This document shows, piece by piece, positions 27,127 to 39,721 of a DNA stretch of 64,000 nt. The position numbers and the translations under genes are program-made. Source of the stretch: Catajapyx aquilonaris (Eukaryota). Location of the stretch: assembly GCA_000934665.2 (NCBI GenBank), contig KZ538295.1:1-64000 (forward strand), in the 5' to 3' direction. Position 1 is the first letter of the stretch. Each line of letters begins with the position of its first letter. The notes under the pieces are model-generated. The model searched no databases. It saw only the letters and a list, made by a program, of their open reading frames with translations, and was not told the origin of the DNA.

Positions 27127-28697
27127 TTAGTTTAATACTTTATCGGCACATTCACGGAACATTTGGTATGCATCACACTGAGGGTCGTTCTGCAGTGGGC
27201 ACTGCACATCCTTAACTATAAAGAGAGTGTGACATGTAAATTCAGTGTCCATATTTATACAACTTGAAATTAAATGCAATCATGATATCATGCAAAGTTA
27301 TCATAGAATCAAATATATTTGATGGCTCGTAAATGTACAGCCATTATTATCAATTTCGAAAATTGCTGCTTAATAATAAGCAGCTTCACGTCTAAACTGT
27401 TATACCACTACGAATTATAACGATATAAAGATTAGACGTTGCTAGAGTGCTGATTGTTGTGTATAGACCTATATCACCAGTGTTTTTCTTGAACGTTTTT
27501 AGACATATAACTTAACTTACGGTGCTCATCAGCGCAGTCGCACACTATACTGTCATCACCATTCGGGCCCCAGTTGCACTCTATGCCAGTTTGACGAAGG
27601 TTTGTGGTGTTGACCTTTCCATCAGAGCCACACTGTCAAATATCACAATGTAAAGTATAACACAAGATGCTCTTCTTTCCGTTTTAACTTATATATGGCT
27701 GTATCCATCACTTACGATTTCAAATGTGTTCCACAGGCATGACCAGAAACACTAAAAGGGGGAAAAATACTTCATAAAAAACCCAACGATTTGCAACTGC
27801 AAATATTTTTGCATGTAGATATTATTATAATATTATGTTGTTATATGACAATGCCATTTACACATACCGTTTTTTCGATTTTCCCAGCCTTTATATCCGT
27901 ATTGCATACTTCTTCCATTTCCTCTTGATCCTTCTGGGGCTAGAAAGAGAAGTTAAACGTCTCAAGATAATGTTATTTATGAAGGGTTACATTCTTATCA
28001 ATTCTCCACTGAGGGCTAGTTTGTACTCATAAAAGCAACAGAAAATCTATAGCCTTACATACGGATTCACATTATAACATCGTGGGAGATTCGTAATTAT
28101 AGTTGTTACAATTTACCTTACGCAAGTGGGGGAAAACAAGCATTTTTCCACTTGATTTATAAAAATATTTTTACGAGAAAAGTGTTCACGCAGACATAAT
28201 AAGTGGCATAGGCTATACGCTATAGAACTTGCACAGCAAACAAACAAAAAATCTTGCCAGATTTACGATGAAAGTGTAGAAATTCCAGAAATATGTGGAA
28301 AAGTATTTTCCCCAGATGTGATCATATTTATTTCAGTGGGAGATATTTCCGCTTAATTTTTAATGCCACCTAAACTGCCACATTTTACACTTACTCTTTG
28401 TCACCATGCGAAAAATTAAGAGAATAATAATTAATTATTTACGCATAGAAAAATAATTATGTGAAGGCTGATTCCAACATATTAAGTGAAAAAGGCGATT
28501 AATGCTATAGGGGCAAAGTAATGAAAAATATTTCAATTTTAAGTGGAAAAATATCACTCATTTAAAAGAAGAAATTCTCACAGCTATAACTAATAGTTTA
28601 GTTCACCATAACCATTAGTAAAACTTACCCATTTGCAGGTGGCGTCGCACAACACAGCCGTTGCTACGACCAGCAGCAAGATTGCGTATTGCTTCAT
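27127..28697 (-). CDS. OBP11: OBP-like, 11 Cys in the predicted mature chain
   Basis: MKQYAILLLVVATAVLCDATCKW / PQKDQEEMEEVCNTDIKAGKIEKT / CFWSCLWNTFEI / CGSDGKVNTTNLRQTGIECNWGPNGDDSIVCDCADEH / LKDVQCPLQNDPQCDAYQMFRECADKVLN*. Confidence 0.82.
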
Positions 28698-30696
28698 GGT
28701 TGTTACTCTGCTTGATGAGATTATTTACGTATAATGCCTGAGCAGCAATGTGCATCCTTCACTGCATGTCATTCGTACTTATACAGAGCTGCAATGTGGC
28801 GTAATCATACGTCATACCCTTACTTCCTCTTGATTCGAGGAGATTCCTTCTCGCCTGGTTTGGACCATGCAGTCTGTCCTATATACATCATGACCTTTTG
28901 CGACCTTCGTTTGCCAACTATTACCTTATCACAACTATTTACTGATTTAGGTTGATTGGAGGACATGTATGACGTGCATATTAATGACATATTTCAGGAA
29001 TGCTTTTTACGAGTAATGTCGATTCTTATTAGCCCGGGTGAAAGACTAATATGTATTGATAAAATAATATCGGGGACGGTGGATGTTTTTTATTATCGGA
29101 TGTTTTGACGCGCATGCTTCGGAGATGCGCATGACATTGGCGCATGATTATTACTTCGCCTTTACAGTATAATTATATTGCGCTGTGACACATTCTTCCT
29201 CTTTTTTGTGGGCAATGCACATCAGTGTGGTTTTGTATAATTTCCTGATACGTGGTGACAAGGTCATTAGAGACTTTGTAAAGGTCACCCTGACATTCCT
29301 ATTGAATGTTTTCTTATTCAGTAACCAATACCGGTACTGGATACACGCTTGTTTGACGTCAGCCCCGATGCGCAATTCCATCTTTAGGGTAATTCAACGT
29401 CAATGTTACGCGGTTTGTTTTTAGATTGTAAAATTTTTTGTGGTGATAAACGCAATCGAAATTCCTCGAATATTTTGCCTCGATTCCCCAGAGGTCACGA
29501 TAGTATGTATTTTAAATGTCGTGTCGCACCATTTTCGACGTTGGTTAATACAAAATCATATTTGCAGAGCAATATATTCCATCATGTTCACCTGAAGCAT
29601 AAATATTTTTGCAGAATGACCTGAAAGACAGATTATATCCAAATACTATACTGAACTAAGTTCTAGTTGAATGGTTTAGACTCTTAGAGGACTGTCCAGT
29701 GCGTATATGATTTCTGGTCTAATTGTGTGAAGATTCGGATATAAATTTTCTCCTAATTATTATTCAGAAATGTTGCGTTGCATCATATATGGACAGTAGT
29801 ACGACATCTCCCATACTTCCATGTTGATTCACAGAAAATTTCTTTTCACATTCACACCATGTGCATCATGCAGCTTGACTGACATATTGTATAGCTCTGA
29901 AAGTGTGACATACACTCGTGTCACCCGTGATCACGATTTGTTGGGAAGATGGCGGGCTAGTTACTGCCTGTCATGCCTGAAGACAATAATACGGGGAATT
30001 TTCGTTGTATAACTCGTGGGCTTATACTTACTCGTATGTCAAAGGAAACACCCTGAATATTAATTAATATCACTAGCATTTCTATCCGAAATATATGAGA
30101 GTCATATAATTGCTATGGCTTATGAAAGTATTCCCTTTAACTTGCTAATTAGTAACGAGGTGAGTAGAAGAAGTTAACATTCTATTTTATACCAATTTTA
30201 TCTTACACTAGCTGCGAACACCTTCCTCTGTCAATCGAGCATAATCTGCTTCGTTTCCTGTCACACTGCATGTATATACATAATAGTACTACTGTAATAC
30301 AAAATGTTGTCATCAGTTTATTAATTTCCAATGTACTACCTCACTATCATATAGGTGAATACCGTGAATTCATCTTCAATCCACACAACTACTCATTTGT
30401 GATAGTTTGACACGTTCATACTGTTCATCGTCTCCACATATCCTCTAAATAGTCTGAAACCTTTGATGAAATAAATTTTTTTGCTAGAAGAAACTTGTTG
30501 CAAAGAACCACCAAGTCAATGGCTTCTTTATTCTTTCAATAATTTGATGAGAGTTTCAGGCAGAGTCACACCTGAAAAGTAAACAAAATCTGACTTGGTC
30601 GTTGGAAAATAAGTATAGGCCCCTATATATGATACTTGGTTTATTAGGAAGAAGCCAAAGGAGTTTTCTAAAGCATTATGTCTGGAGAGGACTTAC

Positions 30697-31627
30697 TTAT
30701 TTTCTTGACGGCATTTTCTCATCCACACACATTATGAATTGTTCGTATGTTTTGCATTCAGGATCATCAGCCAGTGGGACCATATTCTTCACTGTAATTG
30801 TGATAAAATAGTGTTAATCGTCCTCGGTTAGTGCATGATTATACATGCTGGACTATTATTACATTTGTTCTTAGCGCATTCAAGTAGCTCTTTATCCTCC
30901 TGATCATTCCATTTGCAATTTGTGGCTGTGTTACTGAGCTTCTCTATATTAAATTTTCCATCCTTGTCACACTGGAAAATGTATAAAAATGCAAGTTAAT
31001 TAACACTGTCCGGTAGCTAGAATTTAAAAAAAAACAACCGATCATTACACAGGGTCATCCAAAACACTTGGTGTTAACATTTTTGTTGGCCATACTCCTT
31101 TGTTGAGTTCATAAAGGATCTGTCCACACAACCTAATATTAGCAGCTAACGTGTTTGTTAACCACTAAACGCCCCAATCATAATGGGACAGGTATTTTGG
31201 ATCGCCTAGTGTAAGGAGAAATCCGATTAAAGTCAATTAAAGACTACTTACGAATCCCATTTTATCGAACATGCATTGGAACATGCACTGAAAGTTAAGC
31301 AAAGTAATACATATATTAAACATTGCGCCACAGGAAATAGATTCTAGCATACAATAAATATGGTGCTGTCTCTAATCATATACTTTTTCCTTATCCTTGC
31401 AGTCCTCTGCGCATTTCTTCTCAATAACCTCTTCGTCCTTATCGCTTAGCTTCTAAATAGAAAATTAAAATTCTCGGCGTCATTAATAAGGTTTTACTGT
31501 ACAGTATATCAATTAAATGCCGCATTTATACAACATACAGCTAAAAACTTACGTAATCACATTTTTCATCACACCAACATGGAGCCGTTGCAACAATCAG
31601 CAGCAATGAAGTGGCAAGTAGTTTCAT
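30697..31627 (-). CDS. OBP12: OBP-like, 10 Cys
   Basis: MKLLATSLLLIVATAPCWCDEKCDY / KLSDKDEEVIEKKCAEDCKDKEK / CMFQCMFDKMGF / CDKDGKFNIEKLSNTATNCKWNDQEDKELLECAKNK / LKNMVPLADDPECKTYEQFIMCVDEKMPSRK*. Confidence 0.85.
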
Positions 31628-32434
31628 GTTGGCTTTACGTGTACTGGTGGAAGGACTGTATGCAAAGAGTGTATATTTTGTGCAGTATATTCCTATCTGA
31701 ATGCTCTTCTAATTATATACAGAAACGTCGAATTGCAAAATAACTTTCATGCCATCTCTCTCCTTCGTGCTAAGGCGTAACGAATATTTTTTTTTCACCT
31801 TCACGTCATGCAGTATTGTCTTGCTCTGAATATGTGACATATACACTCGATTTGATGGAAAGAGTGACGGGAAGTAGGTGTGTATTACTTCCGGTCATGT
31901 CTGAAGACAATGAGAAGAATTTTGGTTGTGTAATTAGCAATTCATTGAATATCACATACAGTTCAGCCAAAAGGAAACTAAGTTATGTGAATATTAAATA
32001 CGTCATCATGTTTATACAGAACATCTAATATTTTATTGCTGTATGACTTGTGACACTTCCAATGATAATAATGTAACTTGAATAAGTGGAGGAATATGTT
32101 TATGCAGTTTATTCTTACCCAGCAAAAAGCTCGTGCGTTATCCTGTCATACGCACTAGTACAAAGTGTTGTTATCAGCATATGCACAAGTGGTCGTCATC
32201 ATTGTCAGTGTACTAACACACATATTGTATGCCATAACCCCCGTATCCTCTAAAAACTATGCTGAAAGAAAGTTTGATGCTAAAAGAAACATATCGCAAA
32301 AGAAATCAGTTTAATATCTCATTTATTCTTCGAATAATTCGAGGCAAATGCTATATACTTAATAAGGCAATACCACACTTGCATCGCACGTCTATAAATG
32401 TGCATTGTTTCTAATGTACAGTCTTGCTTATCAT

Positions 32435-33494
32435 CTACCCTCGTTCAGCAAAGCAGTCATTGAATGGAAGATATGTTCTGCATTCAGGATCCTTCTTCAG
32501 TGGAGCCAATTTCTTATCTGTAAATGTGGGAACACGTCCTATATAGATCAGTGCATATTTATACAAGCTCTTGCTATTTATGTAATCGATTAAACTGGAG
32601 TAATTTTATAATTTTAAAATAATGCAAACAGCCCTTCGCTTACATGTTTTCTTAGTGCAATAAAGTACGATTTTGTTAAATTTGACATCCTGATCGCATT
32701 CCGCGACAGTTTTGTTAAGCATCTCTACATTTGGTCTTCCATCCGGGTCACTCTGTAAAAATATACATTTTTCATGTTAATTAATATGCTGGTCCTGTCG
32801 CATATCCCAGGGCGTTAGTCACAAAGAGAAATGCACCTCAAAAAGAAAAAAGCAGCACACATTTAATTGTTAAACTCATAAACTGCTTTTCTTTGACTAT
32901 ATTGATGACTTTTTTTAAAACAAAATCCAACAATAAGAAATCTTTTGTGTAATACAATGTGCTTCTCAAAATTGGTTTTTTCCCCTAGCCTCTGTAAAAA
33001 ATTTTTTGTGACTTACGCCCTTTTCCATGTCAAAGCCCCATTTATTTCATAAAGGTGCATCATATTTACGTCCACTAAATGACACTTACATTTCCAGCTC
33101 TCTGGATCACGCATTGAAGCATGCACTGAAATAATAAAAGTGTGACAAAGATTGTGCGCAACTGAAAATATTTTGCATTCAGTACTACTAAATAATAATA
33201 ATATACCCATCATACGTACACTTGGCTTTTCCCTAGAATCGATTTGGCATTGTTTTTTAGCCGCCAACACTTCTTTCTCGGTTTGCTTGGAATTAGAAAT
33301 TAATAATTATTACAGAGTAATTAATAGGGAATACCACAGACAAGTTACAGCAAGTGTCCAGACAGATTTGATAGGTTAGCACTCAAAATCCGTCCATATA
33401 ATAATGTTGTATAAAAACTTACGCATTTGAAAGCGCTCTGACACCATGGAGCAGTTGCTATGATTAGCAGCAGTGAGATGACAAGTAGGTTCAT
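32435..33494 (-). CDS. OBP13: OBP-like, 8 Cys
   Basis: MNLLVISLLLIIATAPWCQSAFKC / QTEKEVLAAKKQCQIDSREKPS / CMLQCVIQRAGN / SDPDGRPNVEMLNKTVAECDQDVKFNKIVLYCTKKT / YKKLAPLKKDPECRTYLPFNDCFAERG*. Confidence 0.83.
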
Positions 33495-33897
33495 GGTCGC
33501 TTTACGTGTAATACTGTGTACGAACTGGATGTGAACCGTTTATATATTTTGATATGAAGGTTTTTTTCCTAATTATTCAGAACTGTTTGCGTTTCACCTT
33601 CACTGCATCTGCATCATTCAGGTTGTCCGGCGTATTGTCTTGCTCTGAATTGTGCGACTCACTCGTCGTCACGGTGACATACTGCCTAATAATTTCTGTT
33701 GGGAAAGACGGGAAGGTGGTGCAAGAGTTAACCGGAGTTAACTTCCGGTCATGTCTAAAAAACAATGCGATTTATTTTGCGCAATTTGTAATTCATTACA
33801 TACGATATAGTACATGCCAAGATTCTCTGCAGTTATAGTGTCATCTGTGTCGTTTCCTCTGTAAGACATATTTTTGCAATGTGTTGTTATAACTATA

Positions 33898-34400
33898 TAC
33901 GAGGGGGGTTCGTAAAGTAACGAGATTTTTTGTGAAAGACAACAGGTATGTAAGCAGAAAAATATTTTATTTTTTGAGAAAAAAAGTATCATGAGCTTAG
34001 CATGTACTGTTTTTTTTTTTTTTTCACCGAAGCTGTCCGTGATGGTTCAAGCAAAGTTAAGTAATATTCCCCAAGGTTTATCCACAGTAGGCTGACCTTC
34101 CATTTCAACCAGAGGAATCTTGGGGCCGAGTATGCTGGAACAAATCTGATTGTCTTCAATCTGCATGTGACACCCACAAGTGTTATGAATCTGAAAGAAT
34201 AATATTGTGTTTTCCAAGGACTCTGCGTGATTTATTAGGTGGAAATGCTTTATTTCGATTCAGCTGGAGGCAATGGTCTGCTTCCGTTGAGCACCCCAAA
34301 AAAACACTCTCGGTCTGTCGAATATACTCGCTGACAAAAGAGGAGGTGGACAATGACCTGCCTTCTCACGAACAACTATATGTAACCTTGGACACTCCGA
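33898..34400. mobile_element. Possible degraded Tc1/mariner-like remnant
   Basis: Starts TA-CGAGGGGGGTTCGTAAAGTAAC, resembling mariner TIR ends. No partner TIR identified; right boundary uncertain. Confidence 0.3.
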
Positions 34401-34557
34401 TTAATTTTGATCAATGTGAGCATAATACGAAGTTTTGATTGATAGATCACAATTCACACATTCTGCATTACTGTATATTTGGACAATCGAAGCAGGATTT
34501 ACGAGGTATTCATTGTCACCGTCTCATGTGACAATTTCAGAAAGGAATAGCAGATAT

Positions 34558-34718
34558 ACAACAACAACAACAACAACAACAACATCACAACATTTCCCTA
34601 TGAGGGGTAGTCAGCGATGAAGGGAGACGCAAGCTAACCCAACATATGAACTAATAAAACTCATGAGAATAAACCTAAAAACAACCTGTCCCACCCCCCA
34701 CCCCTGCCCACCTCAGAT
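34558..34718 (-). mobile_element. Second 3'-end fragment of the same RTE LINE
   Basis: Reverse complement matches ~13965-14110 (ctgaggtgggcagggg...ctacccctcatagggaaatg) and ends in a (TTG)n tail. Confidence 0.85.
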
Positions 34719-35220
34719 ATAATATGAAAATTCATGATAGATTCTGTTTCGTGCAAATGTACTTTCCGCTGCATGCCAATAAGAATGTGTGTACAGTACA
34801 GTATCAGTACCTGATCAGTACAGTACACATTAGAATGAGACCTTCCTCTTGGGGAATCCGGGCTTTTCAACCCATTTTGCCATTTCCTGTATTCGTGTTA
34901 ATGCTTGAAACTGAGCTTTTCATGGGATTTCATTTGACTTTCTTGTTTTGTGTTAGTTATCCTGTTTTATTATCACACTTTGAACCATGGTGCAAGCATC
35001 TGAAAATGATGTAAGTTATGCAATACGTGACAACTTGTCATCTTCACAGCCATGCTGATGGTATTCCCTATAGAACTAGAACCTAGATAAATTCTATTCT
35101 CACCACTACGTGTTCACCTGTGTAGAAAAAAATAAGTTACTCTTTAAGTGTCTACAGTGGCACTGTTTTAATGCGTCTAATTTTTTTTTCATTAGGTTCA
35201 CAAATCTGATCAGTTCTACA

Positions 35221-35961
35221 TTATTTTTCTTCGCTTTCTTCACTGCTGTCATCACCTCCCATCATGCACATAATTAGAGGCATCCATCCTTGACAGCCGT
35301 TCTTTTCGGGTTCGATTTGGGAATCTGAAAATATACAGGAACCATTTTCGCATGTTGCACATAAGTTATTTAAAAAAAATTAAGTCGCGTGTTACCTGTC
35401 TTCTTACAACACTCCAAAAACTTCTTTGCTATTTCTGCATGCTCGGGTGGGGGCGGGCACGCTTTAGAAATTTCTTCCATTTTGGCGACATCTGGCTTTC
35501 CATTAGCACCAAGCTGAAAGAACAAAATAATACTCTGCAATGGTTCCCAACTTTTTTTCTTCTCCTTGATGTACCACTTCTCATGTATTACCACAAAAAC
35601 CTACAATATTCCTATAAGAATATCAGTCGAATATTACACTTACCATATTCATCTTTTTGAATATGCACGGCGCCATGCACTGAAAAAGACAATTGCAAAA
35701 ATGATGGCAATGTAACACTGGCATTTAATTGTAACTATCCAGGGTCAAAACACGTACCATCAAACCTGTGTCTTTTGTTTCCTTTTCGCAATCCGTCTTC
35801 GCGCAATTCAATTTTTCAAAGCCATAATCCTGCAATAATTATTATCATCACACTAGAGTAAAACTCTCTTCACAACATGGCATACTTACTGCGCAATTAT
35901 AAGTGTCTCCGGTCACAAACCCTGCCAGAATCACCAGCAACGATACTATTTGGAATTTCAT
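35221..35961 (-). CDS. OBP14: OBP-like, 10 Cys, short acidic tail
   Basis: MKFQIVSLLVILAGFVTGDTYNCA / DYGFEKLNCAKTDCEKETKDTGLM / CMAPCIFKKMNM / LGANGKPDVAKMEEISKACPPPPEHAEIAKKFLECCKKT / DSQIEPEKNGCQGWMPLIMCMMGGDDSSEESEEK*. Confidence 0.85.
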
Positions 35962-37101
35962 ATTAGGCTGTCTATAATTCTGTAGGTACGGGAAAGAAAT
36001 TACTTCTGGAAGAAATTGCACATGTTTCGAAGCCTTATATGTTTGCTAAATAATTGCGAAATTTCCTTCTTCGTGTTGATGAAGCCAGAATGACGTGCTC
36101 ATTACAACCTTGCTTATTAGAAATTCGGGATTGTTTCGGGATGTGCATGCTCAAGTTCGGGCCGGATGTGTATGTACTGTAGAAAAGGGATATGTCCAGA
36201 GGTATGAATGCACATTATTTTTGCGCATATTCAGTCATGTCGATTATTGTTAGTTCGGTTGTCAATAGCGAGCATTCAGGATGCGCTTGCATAATCAGTT
36301 CGAATGTTGATCAAGTTTGTAAAAAAAAAAGGTGGTATTGTTATGTAGAAAAATAAAAGATAACGACTTATTTGCATTTCTAACTTTTTGAGCCTTCCAG
36401 TGTGCAGGTTATCAATAAGCCATTAACTATTTTCTGTAAATATGTGTTATGCACTAAAAATAATGCCTATTTTACAAGTAAAACTTTTCCTATTTCGACC
36501 CTGTTTGCTGGAACCTATAACCACGTCGTAAAAGCTTCACAGCGGTAAGCTTTATTGCAACAAAATTGCATGAGTACATAATTATATCATGTGCATTGTT
36601 GATTTCCCGATTTTGACGTCCATTACTGCTACCTGCTTATTTTTGGAATTAGTAGTTGTTTATGCAGTCATAAAATGGACGCCAACCACGGCACTTGCTA
36701 ATCCAAGGCCTAATATAACGAACTGAAATGCAATAAAATAAAATAACAGAGAGGATATGTATCTTCATAACAAGTTTCTTGGATTTACCTGTTTCCCTTA
36801 AACAGTGGAGTCGAAATTTTGCATTTGCGTCATTCGGAGCACAGTTCTGCATATCTACAGACAATTTCTCGATGTCTGGTTTGTCATAACCATCAAGCTG
36901 CAAATATCAAGGATGGATGATTTTGTTCAGTTACTACAGAGTCTACAGGAGTGTTTTCATGTACAATTTGTACATAATGAACTATCAATATGTAACTCTG
37001 ATAAATCTTTGGCATTTACCATCCCGGTTGACTCCAGAAAGCAGGGGAAAAGGCACTGAAAGGTGAAAAAACACTGTTAAAACACCAAAAATGACACTAA
37101 C

Positions 37102-37161
<60 letters not shown>
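37102..37161. repeat. (AGT)20 microsatellite in OBP15 intron 2
   Basis: Directly visible. Confidence 0.95.
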
Positions 37162-37162
<1 letters not shown>

Positions 37163-37454
37163 CAATAATTAAGAATATTGTAATTACCAGAGGCTGAGTG
37201 TTTTCGTCGTACTTTCTTTTGCATGAGGCTCGAATAGATGCCGCCTGCTTTTTTGTGTAGCACTGCAAAACAACAATAGCTAATAAATGGATATGAATAA
37301 TAACACAGCAGGATTGTCCACAGCCTGTAGTGGTAGCGGTACGATGAACAATACTGCAAATTGTGATACAAGCATGCCGTTTGGCACAGTTGTTCTCTGG
37401 ACCAAAGTAAGCGATTTGACCCGCAGCTCACTTGATTTCGTCCCTTAGGATTCA

Positions 37455-39721
37455 AGATGGCGGCCAATAATCAAAATGGCCGCCGTTGGTACAAAATAGG
37501 TGTTTTTGGCCGGAAATTGACTATTGAGGAGTCGATTCCAAGCAATATGAAGTCTCGGAACACGAATCTAATGTCAGAATGCAGTTTGAACACGTTTTAA
37601 AGCAATATGGCGGCCAGGAATCAAAATGGCCGCCGTTGGTACAAAATCGGCATTTTTCGTCGGAAATTGACTATTGAGGAGTCAATTCCAAGCAATATGA
37701 AGTCGCTGAACACGAATCTACTGTCAGAATGCAGTTTGAACACGTTTTAAACCAATATGGCGGCCAAGAATCAAAATGGCCGCCGGTGATGGTACAATAA
37801 ATCGGTATTTTTAGTGGGAAATTGACGATTGATGAGTCAATCCCAAGCAATATGAAGGCGCTGAACACGAATTTGATGTCAGTATAACAGTGTTAACACG
37901 TTTGAAAGTCATTGTGAACAGGCATTATACAGTGCAGAGAGTACAGGAACAAACATGTACATTTCCTTTGTCCAGGAGAGACTGGTAGCAAAGTCTAAAT
38001 CTTTCCAGGATTCTATAAAAAAAGTTAAAACCACGATCTTTACCGCAATGAAAAAGCCCTCCACGGACTCTCCTGTGAAAAGGCTGCAGACTGATGTACA
38101 GTTGTTTTCTAGACTATTCATAGTCAGTACAGCATGGGACCTAGATTTGGATGTTCTCTTTAAATACGAAAACCAGGCTTGTCCTCCATCACTTTCTCGA
38201 GCTGGAGAACTACGGTCTGGAGGCAAGGCAAACCTGATCAACATCCTGGAGGGTTTGACTGAGAAGGGTTCTCACCCTCGGGCTTGTGATGACCTTGTAT
38301 ACGATGGACCCTCACTTGTGCACGCGCAGAAACCACGCACAGGACTGAGAACATTCCAGGAGTAGCTACGTGGATCATCAGATTACGCCTCATGTGTGCT
38401 CCCAGGACAACTCGGAGCTGGTATGGGATTTATACTACCCAACGAGCATCAAAAACAACGTTCGTGAAATGCGTGGCACAGGCGTGCGTATGCAAAATCT
38501 TCCTTCGAAAGGTATGCTCGCGGCACTTCCTTTCATTGAGATAAAGCACATAGTTTATGTTAGAGAATATTTATTTCTTTTTTTACGCAGGTGGTGTATT
38601 GCCGAACGAGTGGGCCAATCTTTTGCGCAATCCAGCAAACAAGGCAGACCTCTTCCGCTTCCTGGCACTATGTCTTCTTGACCAGCCCGGCCAACTGACT
38701 GTTGTCAGTAACGTAGACGGTGTAATACGTTTTTCAGGTGGTCAGCCCACCTCCTTCTGGAGGGACTGCAGTGTGGAGGAATGGAGGAAGCTGATGGAAG
38801 GATAATTCCACACGTCAGGGATATGGCTGCTAATGGAGCGCGGTCCGTTGTGATCAGGTGCAGCGATACAGACGTACTCGTCCTTGCCGTCTCCTACTTT
38901 CATGCTCTGCAGCGTCTTGGACTGTAAGAGCTTTGGGTCCTATTCGGTAATGCCCCAAACCGACGGTACATCCCAGTTCACGGCATTGCGAAATCACTGG
39001 AAGAAAAGAAGAGCGTAGCACTGCGTGGCTTTCACGCATTTACAGGCTGCGACACAGTATCTTTCTTTTCTTCGCGGGGAAAAAAGTCAGCATGGAATGC
39101 TTGGATGGAATATCCTGAGGCGACCAGTGCTTTCCTGAAGTTGGCTACTGCATGCAAGTGAAGAGAAGCCTTATGATGTCCTACAAACTCTCGAGAGATT
39201 CACAGTGCTTATACACGACACGAAGAGTAACTCCTCGAGTACAGACGAGGCGCGAAAATTCATGTTTGCGTCAGACAACAAGGCCCTCTTGAACATACCG
39301 CCCACGTCATCTGCCCTCAAACAGCATGCACTACGTGCTGCATATCAGGCTGGGCTAGGGCAGGTGTGGAGCCGTGCCGACGCGCTCCCTGTGAAAGTCC
39401 CGTCCCCGTCTTCTTGGGGTTGGGTTGTCAAGGATGGAAAGTGGAAACCTCTGTGGACGGAGCTCCCAGACATTTGGGCTTTTTCATTGCGGTAAAGATC
39501 GTGGTTTTAACTTTTTTTTATAGAATCCTGGAAAGATTTAGACTTTGCTACCAGTCTCTCCTGGACAAAGGAAATGTACATGTTTGTTCCTGTACTCTCT
39601 GCACTGTATAATGCCTGTTCACAATGACTTTCAAACGTGTTAACACTGTATTCTGACATCAAATTCGTGTTCAGCGACTTCATATTGCTTGGAATAGACT
39701 CCTCAATCGTCAATTCCACTA
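37455..39721 (+). mobile_element. Degenerate DNA transposon, Academ(X)-like, XPG/PIN-type nuclease-domain relic
   Basis: Broken coding sequence with motifs VYDG..LVH, VWDLY...SIK...R..RG, NKADLFRFL, EADGRII.H, VVIRCSDTDV, FHAFTGCDTVSFF..RGKKSAW, IPPTSSALKQHALRAAYQ, PSPSSWGW. Intron at 38512-38590; stops and frameshifts. ~146-bp tandem repeats with aaaatggccgcc at 37455-37900. ~245-bp inverted repeats at 37812-38059 and 39476-39721. Academ assignment is from recalled domain architecture, not a search. Confidence 0.7.

Noticed and set aside
36985..37467. 160-aa ORF with poly-Thr (and poly-Leu/poly-Asn ORFs at 37077 and 48941-49216)
   Set aside because: Open frames are produced by the (AGT)n and (TTA)n microsatellites.
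37455..37900. ~146-bp tandem repeats as a CRISPR-like array
   Set aside because: Whole units repeat with no unique spacers; they adjoin the transposon relic and fit subterminal repeats.
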